64,000 nt of DNA from an uncultured Desulfovibrionaceae bacterium. GTDB lineage: Bacteria; Bacillota; Dethiobacteria; DTU022; UBA8154. Within the stretch, counting starts at the first letter, position 1. Each line of letters begins with the position of its first letter. The notes under the pieces were generated by a model. The model did no database searches. It was not told where the DNA came from and worked only from the letters and a program-made list of their open reading frames with translations. Made by a program: the position numbers and the translations under genes. The stretch spans positions 8,503-72,502 of the forward strand of contig CAZOOA010000003.1 in the NCBI GenBank assembly GCA_964581355.1, read 5' to 3'. Positions 49,679 to 60,897 of the stretch are shown here, piece after piece.

Positions 49679-51364
49679 ATGACAGGAAACAACTTTTTAG
49701 TGGGGAAACAGCAGCGGCCGCCTAATGATTTTTTTGAAATCACCTATGGAGATTTGCTGGATCAGCGGGCCGAGGAGTACGGGGACAAGGAAGCCATCGG
49801 ATATTACAGTCAAATTAACAAAACGTGGTCCTACAAGGAATACCGGGATATTTGTAACAAGGTTGCCAAAAGCCTGATTAAGCTGGGCGTAAAAAAAGGC
49901 GATAAAGTATCTGCGTGGGCGACCAATATCCCGGAGTGGATCTTTACCTATGGCGGAACAGTAAAAATGGGTGGCATCCTTGTTACGGTCAATACCAACT
50001 ACCGGGCTCACGAGCTGGAATACCTGCTTAAGCAGTCTGACACCAATACACTGCTGCTTATTGACGAATTCAAGGGCAACAACTATCTTGAGTGCCTCTA
50101 CGAGGTTGTGCCGGAGCTTAAGGATGCTGAGCCCGGCAAGCTGAACTCCAGCAAACTACCCTTCTTGAAAAATGTTGTTTTCGCCGGCGAGGAAAAACAC
50201 CCGGGCATGTTTACCTGGAAGGAGTTTGAGGAATACGGAAACGACGTTACTGATGAGGAGCTGGCGCGCTATCAAAATGCCTGCGACCCGCATGATGTTT
50301 TTAATATGCAGTATACCTCAGGCACCACCGGTTTTCCCAAAGGTGTTATGCTGACCCATCACAATGTCATTAACAACGCCTGGTACGTGGGAGAGGCCCA
50401 GAACTACACCGATGCGGAACGACTAGCTATCCCGGTGCCTTTTTTCCACTGCTTTGGACTGACCATGAGCATTACGACCTGTTTGACTCATGGAGCCACC
50501 GCTCTTCCCGTTAAGTATTATGATCCGGAATGGGTCCTGGAAACCATTCACAATGGAGGCGCCACTGCCTGCCAGGGGGTGCCGACCATGTTTATCGGTG
50601 TTCTAAACCATCCCGATTTTGAAAAATACGATAAGAAACATATGCGTACAGGCATAATGGCCGGAGCAACATGCCCTATCGAGGTTATGAAACAGGTTAC
50701 GGAGAAGTTGGCGCCTGAAGTTACTATTTCTTACGGGATGACAGAAACTTCCCCCGTTGTTACCAAGACCCGGCCCACGGACACACTGGAGCGCAGAGTT
50801 TCGACCGTGGGGCGTCCGCTGCCGCACGTGGAACTGGAGATCCGCGACCCGGAAACCGGAAAAGAAGTTCCCCGCAATACGGTTGGAGAAATATGCTGCA
50901 GGGGTTATGTGGTCATGAAAGGCTACTATAAGATGGAAGAAGCCACAAAAGAAGCCTTTTCCGAAGACGGGTTCTATCGTTCCGGGGACCTGGGGACCAT
51001 GGATGAAGAGGATTACGTCACGGTCACTGGCCGCCTCAAGGATATGATTATCCGGGGCGGGGAAAACATCTATCCGCGTGAACTCGAAGAGTTTTTCTAC
51101 AAGCATCCCAAGATAAGCGACGTGCAGGTTATCGGGGTGCCCAGTGAAAAATATGGGGAAGAAGTTGCCGCTTACATTGTATTAAAGCAAGGCGAAAGCG
51201 CTACGGCAGAGGAAATAAAAGAGTTTGCCCAGGGCCAGATCGCCCGCCACAAAATTCCCAAGTATATCCAGTTTGTTGATGCATATCCCATGACAGCCAG
51301 CGGCAAAATTCAAAAGTACCTTTTGCGTGACCAGGCGATTGAAGACTTTAACCTGAAAGCCTAA
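49679..51364 (+). CDS. AMP-forming acyl-CoA synthetase
   Basis: QYTSGTTGFPKG, YGMTETSP, SGDLG, GRLKDMIIRGGENIYPRE, TASGKIQK. Confidence 0.93.
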   Translation: MTGNNFLVGKQQRPPNDFFEITYGDLLDQRAEEYGDKEAIGYYSQINKTWSYKEYRDICNKVAKSLIKLGVKKGDKVSAWATNIPEWIFTYGGTVKMGGILVTVNTNYRAHELEYLLKQSDTNTLLLIDEFKGNNYLECLYEVVPELKDAEPGKLNSSKLPFLKNVVFAGEEKHPGMFTWKEFEEYGNDVTDEELARYQNACDPHDVFNMQYTSGTTGFPKGVMLTHHNVINNAWYVGEAQNYTDAERLAIPVPFFHCFGLTMSITTCLTHGATALPVKYYDPEWVLETIHNGGATACQGVPTMFIGVLNHPDFEKYDKKHMRTGIMAGATCPIEVMKQVTEKLAPEVTISYGMTETSPVVTKTRPTDTLERRVSTVGRPLPHVELEIRDPETGKEVPRNTVGEICCRGYVVMKGYYKMEEATKEAFSEDGFYRSGDLGTMDEEDYVTVTGRLKDMIIRGGENIYPRELEEFFYKHPKISDVQVIGVPSEKYGEEVAAYIVLKQGESATAEEIKEFAQGQIARHKIPKYIQFVDAYPMTASGKIQKYLLRDQAIEDFNLKA

Positions 51365-51402
51365 CTGTAAAAGTTTGATGCACGTGAGGTTTTTACATTT
51401 TC

Positions 51403-51437
51403 AAGGTGCCCGCACCGTGCAGCGGGCACCTTTTTTT
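51403..51437 (+). terminator. Intrinsic terminator
   Basis: AAGGTGCCCGC-N8-GCGGGCACCTT followed by a T-run. Confidence 0.88.
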
Positions 51438-51552
51438 GAATAAAAACGGAGTTTTCCTTTTCACGGTATCGGGTCCGGTTATTTTTTTCTCTGTTATTGT
51501 TGTCATTACCAGGTGCCTGGTATAAAGTAAAAGAAAAACAAAGGTGGTCGTC

Positions 51553-52446
51553 ATGAACTTGAAAAAAGTAACTGTGCGAGAGGTAGGTCCCAGGGATGGC
51601 TTTCAGATGGAAAACAAACTGATCACCGCAGAGGAAAAGGTGAAAATAATTAACCAACTTGCTGCCGCAGGGTTGAAGAATGTGGAGTTCTCCTCTTTTG
51701 TTCATCCGAAAGCGGTTCCCCAGCTTAAAGATGCAGAAGAGGTTGCTGCTATGCTTCTACCTGCTGAGGATGTTCTGTTCAGTGCCCTGGTTGTTAATGA
51801 GAAAGGTCTGGCACGGGCAGTAAATGCCGGGGTTCGGGAAGTGCAGATGATTGTTTCGGCCTCTGAGGCCCACAGTCAACGCAATGTTCAAATGAGTGTT
51901 TCAGAATCGCTCAGCCAAGCCGTCTCCGTTGCTGAGCAGGCTTTAGGGCATGGTGTTGCAGTGCGTTCTGCCGTCGCCATGGCTTTTGGTTGTCCTTTTG
52001 ATGGAAAGATTGACCAGGAACAGGTGGAGCGTATTGCAGCAGAGATGGCGGAAGCGGGAATTGAACAGATAACCCTTGCTGACACGGCAGGCCTGGCGCA
52101 TCCCCTGCAGGTTAAAGAATTACTGCATGTTTTGCTGAAAAAAATGCCCGGGATTCGCTGGGGGTTACACTTTCATGATACCCGTGGGCTGGCCCTGGCC
52201 AATATTAATGCTTCCATGGAAGTTGGGGTCAGCCTGTTTGAATCATCAATTGGCGGCCTGGGTGGTTGTCCTTTTGTTCCAGGGGCTACAGGGAATGTTG
52301 CTACCGAGGATCTGGTAAATATGCTGGAAATGATGGGTTTGGAAACAGGAATATCCCTGGAGAAATTACTTGCTGCCAGCAGGGAAGTGCAAAAAATCTT
52401 TCAACGGGACCTGCCCAGCAAGCTGCTGGCCCTTTCATTACATTAA
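51553..52446 (+). CDS. Hydroxymethylglutaryl-CoA lyase (canonical)
   Basis: EVGPRDGFQ, HFHDTRG, GGLGGCPFVPGATGNVATED. Confidence 0.9.
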   Translation: MNLKKVTVREVGPRDGFQMENKLITAEEKVKIINQLAAAGLKNVEFSSFVHPKAVPQLKDAEEVAAMLLPAEDVLFSALVVNEKGLARAVNAGVREVQMIVSASEAHSQRNVQMSVSESLSQAVSVAEQALGHGVAVRSAVAMAFGCPFDGKIDQEQVERIAAEMAEAGIEQITLADTAGLAHPLQVKELLHVLLKKMPGIRWGLHFHDTRGLALANINASMEVGVSLFESSIGGLGGCPFVPGATGNVATEDLVNMLEMMGLETGISLEKLLAASREVQKIFQRDLPSKLLALSLH

Positions 52447-52920
52447 TGCTGATAATATTTTTTGGTAATGCTTACAACTATTTACAAGCGAAGCAGAAGG
52501 CGGTTCGTGCTCTGGGATAGACCGCCAAAAAGGCGGGGGTGAAAGAGGTTATAACAGTTTCGTTGAAGGAAGTGGCTGCACTATCATGATCCTGCCGATT
52601 CATGCGCTGGCAGCCGTAAAAATGAGCTTGAAGCTTTGACAGGGGAATACAGGGAAAAGCAGAAGCGTTCCTCTGCTTCGGTCCAACTGCTTCCTGGTTT
52701 TTTTCTCTTTACTGATTAAATTTCCTGTGTAGAAGGATTTTGAGGGTTTTGTATCGAAAGTTTAAAATAGATTTACTGTAAATTTTAAAGATTTCATTAA
52801 TGCAGGACGGATGAGCGTGTTATGGATTCCAATGCCGGAAGAAAAAGGTGTTCAAGCAAGCCGGGGCATAGTATGTTGTTTTAGAAAACACTTTTTATTA
52901 GCCATTAAGGAGGCGGTGTT

Positions 52921-54102
52921 ATGAAAGAGACGGTCATCGTAAGTTACGCCAGGACCCCCTTTGGACGAATGTTGGGAGCACTAAGCGAAATTCCTGCCGT
53001 TGATTTGGGAGCAATGGTGATAAAAGAGGTGATCAGTCGGGCCGATCTTGACCCTGCCTTGGTTGATAATGTTTTTATGGGAATGGTCGTCCCGGCGGGG
53101 ACTGGGCAGATTCCGTCCCGCCAGGCAACGATTAAAGCAGGTCTCCCCTACGAGGTGCCTTCGGATACGATTAACAAAGTTTGTGCTTCCAGTTTGAGGG
53201 CTGTAAATCTGGCTGATTCCTTAATCCGTAACGGCGATGCGGAAATTATTATCGCCGGTGGCATGGAAAACATGAGCCTTTGCCCGTACCTGATGCCCAA
53301 GGGAAGAAAGGGGTACCGCATGGGCCACGGCAAGCTGGTGGATTCAATGGTCCACGATGGCTTATGGTGCCCGTTCTATAATGTACATATGGGGCTGCAT
53401 GGCGAAATTGCGCGCACAGAATTCGGGGTAACCAGGGACGAGATGGATCGCTTTGCGCATCGCAGCCATAGCCTGGCTGTGTCTGCTTTCGAAGAAGGCC
53501 ATCTGAAAGAAGAACTTATGCCGGTCTCCATACCCCAAAAAAAAGGGGACCCGATCATTTTTGACCGGGATGAAGCACCTCGAAAAGATACAACCCTGGA
53601 AAAACTTTCTGCTTTATCCCCCGCCTTTAGTAAAGAGGGTACTATCACAGCAGGAAATGCTCCGCCGGTAAACGATGGCGCTTCAGCTTTAGTTTTGATG
53701 TCCCGTGATAAAGCTGAATCTTTGGGGCTTCGTCCCTTGGCTGCAATTGTCTCCCAGGGCATGGCCTCCAGGGAATCGGCATATATTTCTACCGTTCCCT
53801 ATTACGCCGGTGAAAAAGCGCTGACTAAGGCCGGCCTTACTTCGGATGATTTAGATTTAATTGAAGTGAACGAGGCTTTTGCAGCTGTTGCCCTGACCTG
53901 CATGAAGCTGGGGAACTGGCTGGAGGAGAAGGTAAATGTAAACGGAGGGGCTGTGGCCATCGGGCATCCCATCGGTGCAAGCGGAGGGCGTATCCTGATG
54001 ACGTTGATTTCTGAGTTAAGGCGCCGTCAGGGAACATATGGAATGGCTACCATCTGTAGCGGTGCTGCCCAGGGCGAGGCAACAATTATCAAAGCACTGT
54101 AA
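52921..54102 (+). CDS. Acetyl-CoA C-acetyltransferase (thiolase)
   Basis: NKVCASS, NEAFA, GHPIGASG, ICSG. Confidence 0.95.
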   Translation: MKETVIVSYARTPFGRMLGALSEIPAVDLGAMVIKEVISRADLDPALVDNVFMGMVVPAGTGQIPSRQATIKAGLPYEVPSDTINKVCASSLRAVNLADSLIRNGDAEIIIAGGMENMSLCPYLMPKGRKGYRMGHGKLVDSMVHDGLWCPFYNVHMGLHGEIARTEFGVTRDEMDRFAHRSHSLAVSAFEEGHLKEELMPVSIPQKKGDPIIFDRDEAPRKDTTLEKLSALSPAFSKEGTITAGNAPPVNDGASALVLMSRDKAESLGLRPLAAIVSQGMASRESAYISTVPYYAGEKALTKAGLTSDDLDLIEVNEAFAAVALTCMKLGNWLEEKVNVNGGAVAIGHPIGASGGRILMTLISELRRRQGTYGMATICSGAAQGEATIIKAL

Positions 54103-54183
54103 GAGTGTGGAAAACAGATAGGGCTATATCCAGAAGATAAAAAAGCAACGTTTTTTTTAATACTATAGAAGGAGGGCGTTTCC

Positions 54184-55038
54184 ATGCAGATAAAAAAGGT
54201 CATGGTGGTTGGTGCAGGCCAAATGGGGGGAGGCATTGCGCAGGTCTGTGCGCAAGCGGGTTATCCTGTCGTAATGAGAGATATCGAGGAAAGCTTTGTG
54301 GAGAAGGGTCTCGGCGCTATAGCAAAAAACTTGCAGCGAAGTGTTGACAAAGGCAGGATTAGCGAAGATGACAAGAAATCAGTCTTAGACCGAATACAGG
54401 GGACAGTGGAACTGAAAGATGGTGCCGATGCAGATATTGTTATTGAGGCCATTGTGGAACGAATGGATATCAAGGAAGAGCTCTTCAGTTCTTTGGACGA
54501 AATGTGTCCATCCCACACCATCTTGGCCAGCAATACTTCTTCTTTGCCGATCACCAATATTGCAGCTGTAACCTCGCGTCCAGAAAAAGTTATTGGTATG
54601 CATTTCATGAATCCGGTTCCGGTGATGAAGTTGGTGGAGATCATTCGCGGCCTGGCCACTTCCGATGAAACCTACCAGGTGGTTGAAGATCTAACCATGA
54701 AGCTGGACAAAGAGCCCGTAGAGGTAAATGATTTCCCAGGATTTGTATCCAACCGCATTTTGCTGCCAATGATTAACGAAGCCGTTTACTGCCTGATGGA
54801 AGGTGTTGCCCGTCCTGAAGCCATCGATAATGTCATGAGATTGGGCATGAATCATCCCATGGGCCCACTGGCACTGGCTGACCTCATCGGTTTGGATACG
54901 TGCCTGTCAATTATGGAAGTTCTGCATGAAGGGCTGGGGGACCCTAAGTATCGCCCCTGCCCGCTATTGCGAAAATATGTCGCTGCCGGTTGGCTGGGAC
55001 GCAAAGCAGGCCGGGGCTTCTACGATTATAGTGGATAA
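54184..55038 (+). CDS. hbd: 3-hydroxybutyryl-CoA dehydrogenase
   Basis: [27 protein letters not shown]. Confidence 0.94.
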   Translation: MQIKKVMVVGAGQMGGGIAQVCAQAGYPVVMRDIEESFVEKGLGAIAKNLQRSVDKGRISEDDKKSVLDRIQGTVELKDGADADIVIEAIVERMDIKEELFSSLDEMCPSHTILASNTSSLPITNIAAVTSRPEKVIGMHFMNPVPVMKLVEIIRGLATSDETYQVVEDLTMKLDKEPVEVNDFPGFVSNRILLPMINEAVYCLMEGVARPEAIDNVMRLGMNHPMGPLALADLIGLDTCLSIMEVLHEGLGDPKYRPCPLLRKYVAAGWLGRKAGRGFYDYSG

Positions 55039-55181
55039 AAAGCATAAGGTCCGATCACTTTAAAGGAGAACTCGCTTTTCTGGCTGGAGACTATTTTGCT
55101 GTGTAACCCTTTTATAACAGAGGCCAGGGCCGGGAAGCGGAAACTCTATTTCTATTCTATGAGGTTGGGAGTGTTCCATAG

Positions 55182-56321
55182 ATGGATTTTACTTTTTCCG
55201 AAGAGCAAAAGATGATGAAAAAGCTATTCCGTGAGTTTGCTGAGAAAGAAATTGCACCCCGCGCCGACCATATCGATAAAACAGGCGAGTTTCCCCGGGA
55301 AAACCTCCAAAGCCTGGGCCGGGAAGGACATATGGGCATCCCTATTCCCGAAGAATGGGGGGGGGCTGGAGCCGATTTTCTGACTTATATGTTCTGCCTG
55401 GAGGAAGTGTCCAGGGCTTGTGCATCTACGGGGGTTATCCTTGCTGTTCATACCTCCTTGGGTATTTACTCCATTTTATATCACGGAACCGAGGAGCAAA
55501 AAAAGAAATTCGTAACCCCCCTGGCCCAGGGAGACATGCTTGGCGCCTTTGCTTTAAGCGAACCCGAGGCTGGCTCCGATGCTGCTGCCTTAAAAACCAG
55601 GGCCCGCAAAGATGGGAATCATTATGTTCTGAATGGTAATAAAGTTTGGATTACCAGCGCTGGTGAAGCAGATGTTTACGTTGTCTTTGCCACCATGGAC
55701 CCCGAAAAGAAAACCCGGGGAATTACAGCCTTCCTGGTAGAAAAAGACACCCCGGGATTACTCATTGGACCCAAAGAGAAGAAAATGGGCTTGAATGGTT
55801 CGGCCACCTGCGAACTGATTTTTGATGACTGCCGTGTCCCTGCAGAAAACCTACTTGGAGAAGAAGGCGGTGGCTTCAAAATTGCCATGTCCCTGTTGGA
55901 TGGTGGACGCATCGGTATTGCCGCCCAGGGCCTGGGCATCGCCCAGGCTGCTTTTGATCAAGCTCTGCAGTATTCCAAAACCAGGGAACAGTTTGGCCGG
56001 CCCATTGGTGACTTCCAGGCTATCCAGTTTAAGCTGGCCGACATGGCCACAGAGCTGGATGCAGCCCGTCTTATGGTGTACCGGGCAGCGTTTCACAAAG
56101 ACAACGACCTGCCCTGTACCCGTGAAGCTTCCATGGCCAAGGTTTTTGCTACTGATTTGGCCATGAAAGCAGGAATTGAGGCCGTCCAGATTTTCGGCGG
56201 ATACGGATACAGCAGGGAATATCCGGTAGAGCGCTATATGAGAGATGCAAAAGTTACCCAAATCTACGAAGGCACAAACCAAATTCAAAGAATTGTTATT
56301 TCCAGGGAGTATTTAAAATAA
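55182..56321 (+). CDS. Short/branched-chain acyl-CoA dehydrogenase
   Basis: [30 protein letters not shown]. Confidence 0.93.
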   Translation: MDFTFSEEQKMMKKLFREFAEKEIAPRADHIDKTGEFPRENLQSLGREGHMGIPIPEEWGGAGADFLTYMFCLEEVSRACASTGVILAVHTSLGIYSILYHGTEEQKKKFVTPLAQGDMLGAFALSEPEAGSDAAALKTRARKDGNHYVLNGNKVWITSAGEADVYVVFATMDPEKKTRGITAFLVEKDTPGLLIGPKEKKMGLNGSATCELIFDDCRVPAENLLGEEGGGFKIAMSLLDGGRIGIAAQGLGIAQAAFDQALQYSKTREQFGRPIGDFQAIQFKLADMATELDAARLMVYRAAFHKDNDLPCTREASMAKVFATDLAMKAGIEAVQIFGGYGYSREYPVERYMRDAKVTQIYEGTNQIQRIVISREYLK

Positions 56322-56386
56322 ATAATTCGGCAGCAGTCATTTTAGTTTAACATAACTAATTTAAAAAAACGAAGGGGGAAGTATTA

Positions 56387-57526
56387 ATGAATTTTACGAT
56401 GTCGCCTGAACACGAAATGATGCGCAAGTCTATTCGAGATTTTGCCGAGAACGAAATTGCACCCGGAGCCGCAGAAAGAGACGAAAAAGAAGAATTCTCG
56501 CGGGAAATCTTCGAAAAAATGGCTGAAATGGAATTGACCGGTATACCGTGGCCAGAAGAGTACGGAGGAGCTGGCGACGATTATTTAAGCTACGCTATTG
56601 CAGTCGAGGAGATATCCCGGGTGGATGCATCGGCTGGAGTTACCCTTTCAGCCCATACTTCTTTGTGCTGCTGGCCCATTTACACATACGCTAACGAAGA
56701 ACAATTAAAGAAGTATTTGACACCCCTGGCCAAGGGGGAAAAGCTGGGCGGATACGGCTTGACAGAGCCACAAGCAGGTTCTGATGCAGGCAGTTTGCAG
56801 ACTACAGCTGTTCTTGACGGGGACCATTATATCTTAAATGGTAACAAGATTTGGATTACAAACGCTGATGATGCCGAGATTTACGTGGTGTTTGCTTCAA
56901 CAGACAAGAGCAAGAAGGCTAAAGGGATTAGTGCTTTTATCGTTGAGAAAGGCACCCCTGGCTTTTCCTTTGGTACTAAGGAAAAGAAACTGGGGATCCG
57001 CTCTTCGTCGACCAATGAGCTAATTTTCGACGACTGTAAGGTGCCCAAGGAAAACCTGTTAGGCAAAGAAGGCGAAGGGTTTAAAATTGCTATGACAACA
57101 TTGGATGGCGGACGTAATGGCATTGCCGCCCAGGCACTGGGCATTGCCCAGGGTGCATTGGATGCAGCAGCAGATTATGCTAAAACCCGGGAGCAATTTG
57201 GCCGACCCATAGCCGATTTTCAAGCCGTTTCTTTTATGATTGCCGATATGGCTACCAAGATTGAAGCAGCCCGCCTCTTAACCTACCAGGCCGCTTTCCT
57301 GGAAAGCCAGGGCCTGCCTTATGCCAAGGAATCTGCCATGTCCAAGCTTTATGCCTCTGATGTGGCTATGGAAACAACAGTAAATGCTGTCCAAATATTT
57401 GGTGGATATGGTTACAGCCGGGAATACCCGGTAGAACGCTTTATGAGAGATGCGAAGATCACCCAAATTTATGAAGGAACCAACGAAATTCAAAGGTTGG
57501 TTGTAAGCCGTTACTTGCTGAAGTAA
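56387..57526 (+). CDS. Butyryl-CoA dehydrogenase-like acyl-CoA dehydrogenase
   Basis: [30 protein letters not shown]. Confidence 0.93.
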   Translation: MNFTMSPEHEMMRKSIRDFAENEIAPGAAERDEKEEFSREIFEKMAEMELTGIPWPEEYGGAGDDYLSYAIAVEEISRVDASAGVTLSAHTSLCCWPIYTYANEEQLKKYLTPLAKGEKLGGYGLTEPQAGSDAGSLQTTAVLDGDHYILNGNKIWITNADDAEIYVVFASTDKSKKAKGISAFIVEKGTPGFSFGTKEKKLGIRSSSTNELIFDDCKVPKENLLGKEGEGFKIAMTTLDGGRNGIAAQALGIAQGALDAAADYAKTREQFGRPIADFQAVSFMIADMATKIEAARLLTYQAAFLESQGLPYAKESAMSKLYASDVAMETTVNAVQIFGGYGYSREYPVERFMRDAKITQIYEGTNEIQRLVVSRYLLK

Positions 57527-57551
57527 AACTACTAAAAACCCGGCCGAGGAG

Positions 57552-58088
57552 TTGAAGAGGTTGTCGGAAACAAACAAAGGATTGGTGCTGGTCTACACTG
57601 GAGATGGAAAAGGAAAAACTACGGCGGCCCTGGGGCTAGCTTTCAGGGCCGCCGGGCACGGCTTTAAAATACTTGCGATTCACTTTTTAAAAGGAAGAGA
57701 CTATGGAGAGGCCAAAGCTGCTGAACACCTGCCTAATTTTGAAACCGTTAAGGCGGGTAGAGACAAATTTGTAAACCGGGATAACCCTGATCCTGAAGAT
57801 GTCAAGCTGGCAGCAGAAGGCATGGCCAGAGCCAGGGAATCGGCAGCAAAGGGAACACACAACCTCATTCTGCTCGATGAGATTAATGTCGCTTTGAACT
57901 ACAACCTGGTCTCCCTGCAAGAAGTTTTGGAGTTAATCGATACTCGTGCTCCCGGCGTTGATCTGGTTTTAACCGGGAGAAATGCTCCTCCGGAGATACT
58001 GGAAAAGGCTGATATGGTTAGTGAGGTCAAGGACATCAAGCACCACTTTGCTTCGGGGACCAAAGCGCGCGAGGGCATTGAATACTAA
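57552..58088 (+). CDS. cobO: Cob(I)alamin adenosyltransferase (CobO/BtuR type)
   Basis: YTGDGKGKTTAA, LDE, LTGR, GIEY C-terminus. Confidence 0.92.
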   Translation: MKRLSETNKGLVLVYTGDGKGKTTAALGLAFRAAGHGFKILAIHFLKGRDYGEAKAAEHLPNFETVKAGRDKFVNRDNPDPEDVKLAAEGMARARESAAKGTHNLILLDEINVALNYNLVSLQEVLELIDTRAPGVDLVLTGRNAPPEILEKADMVSEVKDIKHHFASGTKAREGIEY

Positions 58089-58165
58089 CCGACACAGCCC
58101 ATTCAGCAACAACAGGGGATGAAAAACCTTGTTTGCGTCCGAGGTGCTGGTTTTTCTTGAACTAA
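58082..58165 (+). mobile_element. Short or decayed family 1 element, copy C
   Basis: ATACTAACCG start; 23 bp (58109-58131) identical to the reverse complement of 16871-16893; GAAAAACC/GGTTTTTC inverted pair; ACTAA at 58161-58165. Confidence 0.6.
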
Positions 58166-58192
58166 GGCATACAATTAGGTGGTGTTAAAACA

Positions 58193-59140
58193 TTGGATAT
58201 TGTTGAGGGCTTACTAAAAGGTGACCGCAGGGCCCTGGCCAGGGCAATTTCCCTGGTAGAAAACGAAGATTCCCGAAAAAGAGAAACCCTGCAGCAGATT
58301 TATCCCCATACGGGCAATGCTTATATAATCGGTTTTACCGGTTCTCCCGGCTCGGGAAAAAGCTCCCTGGTGGACCGGATTGTCGGTATCATGCGCGGTG
58401 AAGGGAAAAAGGTTGGCATTATTGCTGTTGACCCGACCAGTCCCTTTACCGGGGGAGCTATCTTGGGAGATCGAATTCGCATGCAGGAGCATACAGAAGA
58501 CAAAGATGTATTTATACGCAGTATGGGAACACGGGGCAGCCTGGGTGGACTGTCCAGGGCTACCCGTGATGTGGTGCAGCTTATGGATGCTTTTGGCAAA
58601 GACATTATTATCATTGAAACAGTGGGTGTAGGACAATCGGAAGTAGATATCGTTAAAAATGCCGATACAACCATAGTTGTTTTAACTCCGGCTGGAGGAG
58701 ACAGTGTCCAAACAATAAAGGCGGGGATTATGGAGATTGCAGATATTTTCGTGATTAACAAAGCAGATCTGCCCAATGCAGATCGGACCCGCACGGAAGT
58801 AAGCGTGATGTTGGATTTAAATGAGAAAAGCAGCTGGAGACCTCCCATTGTCCAAACAGTTACCTTGAAAAATGAAGGAACCGATATATTATGGCAAGAG
58901 GTTCAGGGTCACAAAGGATACCTGGAAACAGAAGGGCTTCTGTCCAGTCTGAGACTGGCAAGGGCAAAACGTGATATTGAAGATCATATCGAGCATCTCA
59001 TCAAAAGCAGGGTTTGGGACCAGGTTATAGGGACTAACATGTTTGAAAAAGCCATCAAACAGATTCACAACAAGGAAACGGATCCCTTTTCTGCTGCACA
59101 GAGCATCCTGGAGCGAATCAGTCTGGACAACAAAGATTAA
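58193..59140 (+). CDS. meaB: MeaB/ArgK GTPase chaperone of the B12 mutase
   Basis: GSPGSGKS, VDPTSPFTGGAILGDRIRM, ETVGVGQSE, NKAD. Confidence 0.94.
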   Translation: MDIVEGLLKGDRRALARAISLVENEDSRKRETLQQIYPHTGNAYIIGFTGSPGSGKSSLVDRIVGIMRGEGKKVGIIAVDPTSPFTGGAILGDRIRMQEHTEDKDVFIRSMGTRGSLGGLSRATRDVVQLMDAFGKDIIIIETVGVGQSEVDIVKNADTTIVVLTPAGGDSVQTIKAGIMEIADIFVINKADLPNADRTRTEVSVMLDLNEKSSWRPPIVQTVTLKNEGTDILWQEVQGHKGYLETEGLLSSLRLARAKRDIEDHIEHLIKSRVWDQVIGTNMFEKAIKQIHNKETDPFSAAQSILERISLDNKD

Positions 59141-59204
59141 AAGCTTGTAGGTTGAGAAAGGAGGTGCGTGCCCGGTTTTTTCAGGAAAGAACCGGGCAAG
59201 AACA

Positions 59205-60872
59205 ATGTTTAATGAAGAAAAATTGAAAAAAATCAAAGAGGGCAAAGAAAAGTGGGAAAAAGAAACGTTACCCAAGTTTCAAAACAGGCCAGCCAAGTTT
59301 GTCACTGTTTCCAGCAAACCGTTGAAGGAACTGTACTCACCCCTGGACATTAAGGATTTGGATTATGAGAAAGATCTTGGATTTCCCGGTGAATATCCTT
59401 ATACCCGTGGAGTCCAGGGCAACATGTACCGCGGCCGAATTTGGACCATGCGCCAGTTTTCCGGGTTTGGAACAGCCAAAGAAACCAACGAACGCTACAA
59501 GTATCTTTTAAAACACGGCCAGACCGGGCTCAGTGTGGCTTTCGACATGCCAACCATTATGGGCTACGACTCTGACCATCCCCGTTCGGTCGGTGAAGTT
59601 GGGCGCTGCGGTGTGGCCATTGATTCCCTGGCGGACATGGAGATCCTGTTTGACGGCATTCCCCTGGACCAGGTTACCACATCGATGACCATCAACGGAC
59701 CGGCTTCAGTGCTCTGGTGTATGTACATTGCAACTGCTGAGAAGCAGGGTATTTCTTCGGATAAAATTGGGGGGACCATTCAGAACGATATCTTAAAAGA
59801 ATATATTGCCCAAAAGTCCTGGATTTTCCCTCCTGAACCGTCTATGCGCCTGATTACGGATATCTTTTCTTTTGCCTGTGATCATGTGCCCCGCTGGAAC
59901 ACTGTCAGTATCAGCGGCTACCATATCCGGGAGGCGGGCTCCACGGCAGTGCAGGAGTTGGCCTTTACCCTGGCTGACGGTTTCGCTTACGTGGAAGCCG
60001 GTATTGAAGCAGGCCTGGACGTGGATGATTTTGCTCCCAGGTTGTCTTTCTTCTTCAATTCCCATATTGACTTCTTCGAAGAAATTGCCAAGTACCGGGC
60101 TGCCCGCCGCATCTGGGCCAAGCGCATGAAAGAAAAATATGGAGCCAAGGACCCGCGCTCCCTGCTCCTTCGCTTCCATACGCAAACCGCGGGATGCAGC
60201 CTGACTGCGCAGCAGCCGGAGAACAATATTATCCGTACAGCTTACGAAGCCCTATCTGCTGTTCTGGGGGGGACCCAGTCCCTGCACACCAATTCCATGG
60301 ATGAAGTGCTGGCACTTCCCACAGAAAAAGCTGTCCGCATTGCCCTGCGCACCCAGCAGATTATGGCTTATGAAACAGGTGTAACCAATACCATTGACCC
60401 GCTGGCCGGCTCTTACTTCATTGAAGCGCTCACCGACGAAATGGAAGCAGAGGCCGAGGAATATTTCCGCAAAATCGAGGAGTTAGGCGGCGTGTTGCCA
60501 GCAATTGACCAGGGCTTCTTCCAACGGGAGATTGCCGATGCAGCGTTCCAGTATCAAAGAGAAATTGAAGAAAATGAACGGATAATTGTAGGAGTCAATG
60601 AATTCACCATTGATGAACCCATTGATACAGAAATCCTTAAAATTGACCCCGATCTGGAACGTGCCCAGTGCGAAAGAGTCCAAAAAGTTCGGGAAACCAG
60701 GGACAACGACCTGGCTCAACGCAGGTTGGAGGAATTAAAGAAAGCGGCCCAGGGGACAGACAACCTGATTCCCTACATGTTGGATGCCGTCAGGGCTTAT
60801 GCGACAGAAGGAGAAATTATCGGCATGCTGAAGGAAGTGTTTGGAGAGTATAAGGAACAACCCATTTTTTAA
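59205..60872 (+). CDS. icmA: B12-dependent acyl-CoA mutase large subunit, isobutyryl-CoA mutase signature
   Basis: MRQFSGF (Phe at the MCM Tyr89 site) and KEYIAQKSW (Gln at the MCM Arg207 site); [11 protein letters not shown]. Confidence 0.82.
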   Translation: MFNEEKLKKIKEGKEKWEKETLPKFQNRPAKFVTVSSKPLKELYSPLDIKDLDYEKDLGFPGEYPYTRGVQGNMYRGRIWTMRQFSGFGTAKETNERYKYLLKHGQTGLSVAFDMPTIMGYDSDHPRSVGEVGRCGVAIDSLADMEILFDGIPLDQVTTSMTINGPASVLWCMYIATAEKQGISSDKIGGTIQNDILKEYIAQKSWIFPPEPSMRLITDIFSFACDHVPRWNTVSISGYHIREAGSTAVQELAFTLADGFAYVEAGIEAGLDVDDFAPRLSFFFNSHIDFFEEIAKYRAARRIWAKRMKEKYGAKDPRSLLLRFHTQTAGCSLTAQQPENNIIRTAYEALSAVLGGTQSLHTNSMDEVLALPTEKAVRIALRTQQIMAYETGVTNTIDPLAGSYFIEALTDEMEAEAEEYFRKIEELGGVLPAIDQGFFQREIADAAFQYQREIEENERIIVGVNEFTIDEPIDTEILKIDPDLERAQCERVQKVRETRDNDLAQRRLEELKKAAQGTDNLIPYMLDAVRAYATEGEIIGMLKEVFGEYKEQPIF

Positions 60873-60897
60873 TACCGGGTAGGGAGGCTGAGAAAGA

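Noticed and set aside
58082-58180. Integron attC site (CTAAC overlapping a stop codon)
   Set aside because: No complementary GTTRRRY end at a suitable distance and no integrase
59205-60872. Methylmalonyl-CoA mutase call
   Set aside because: Phe/Gln in place of the Tyr/Arg carboxylate-binding residues, and no epimerase in the window
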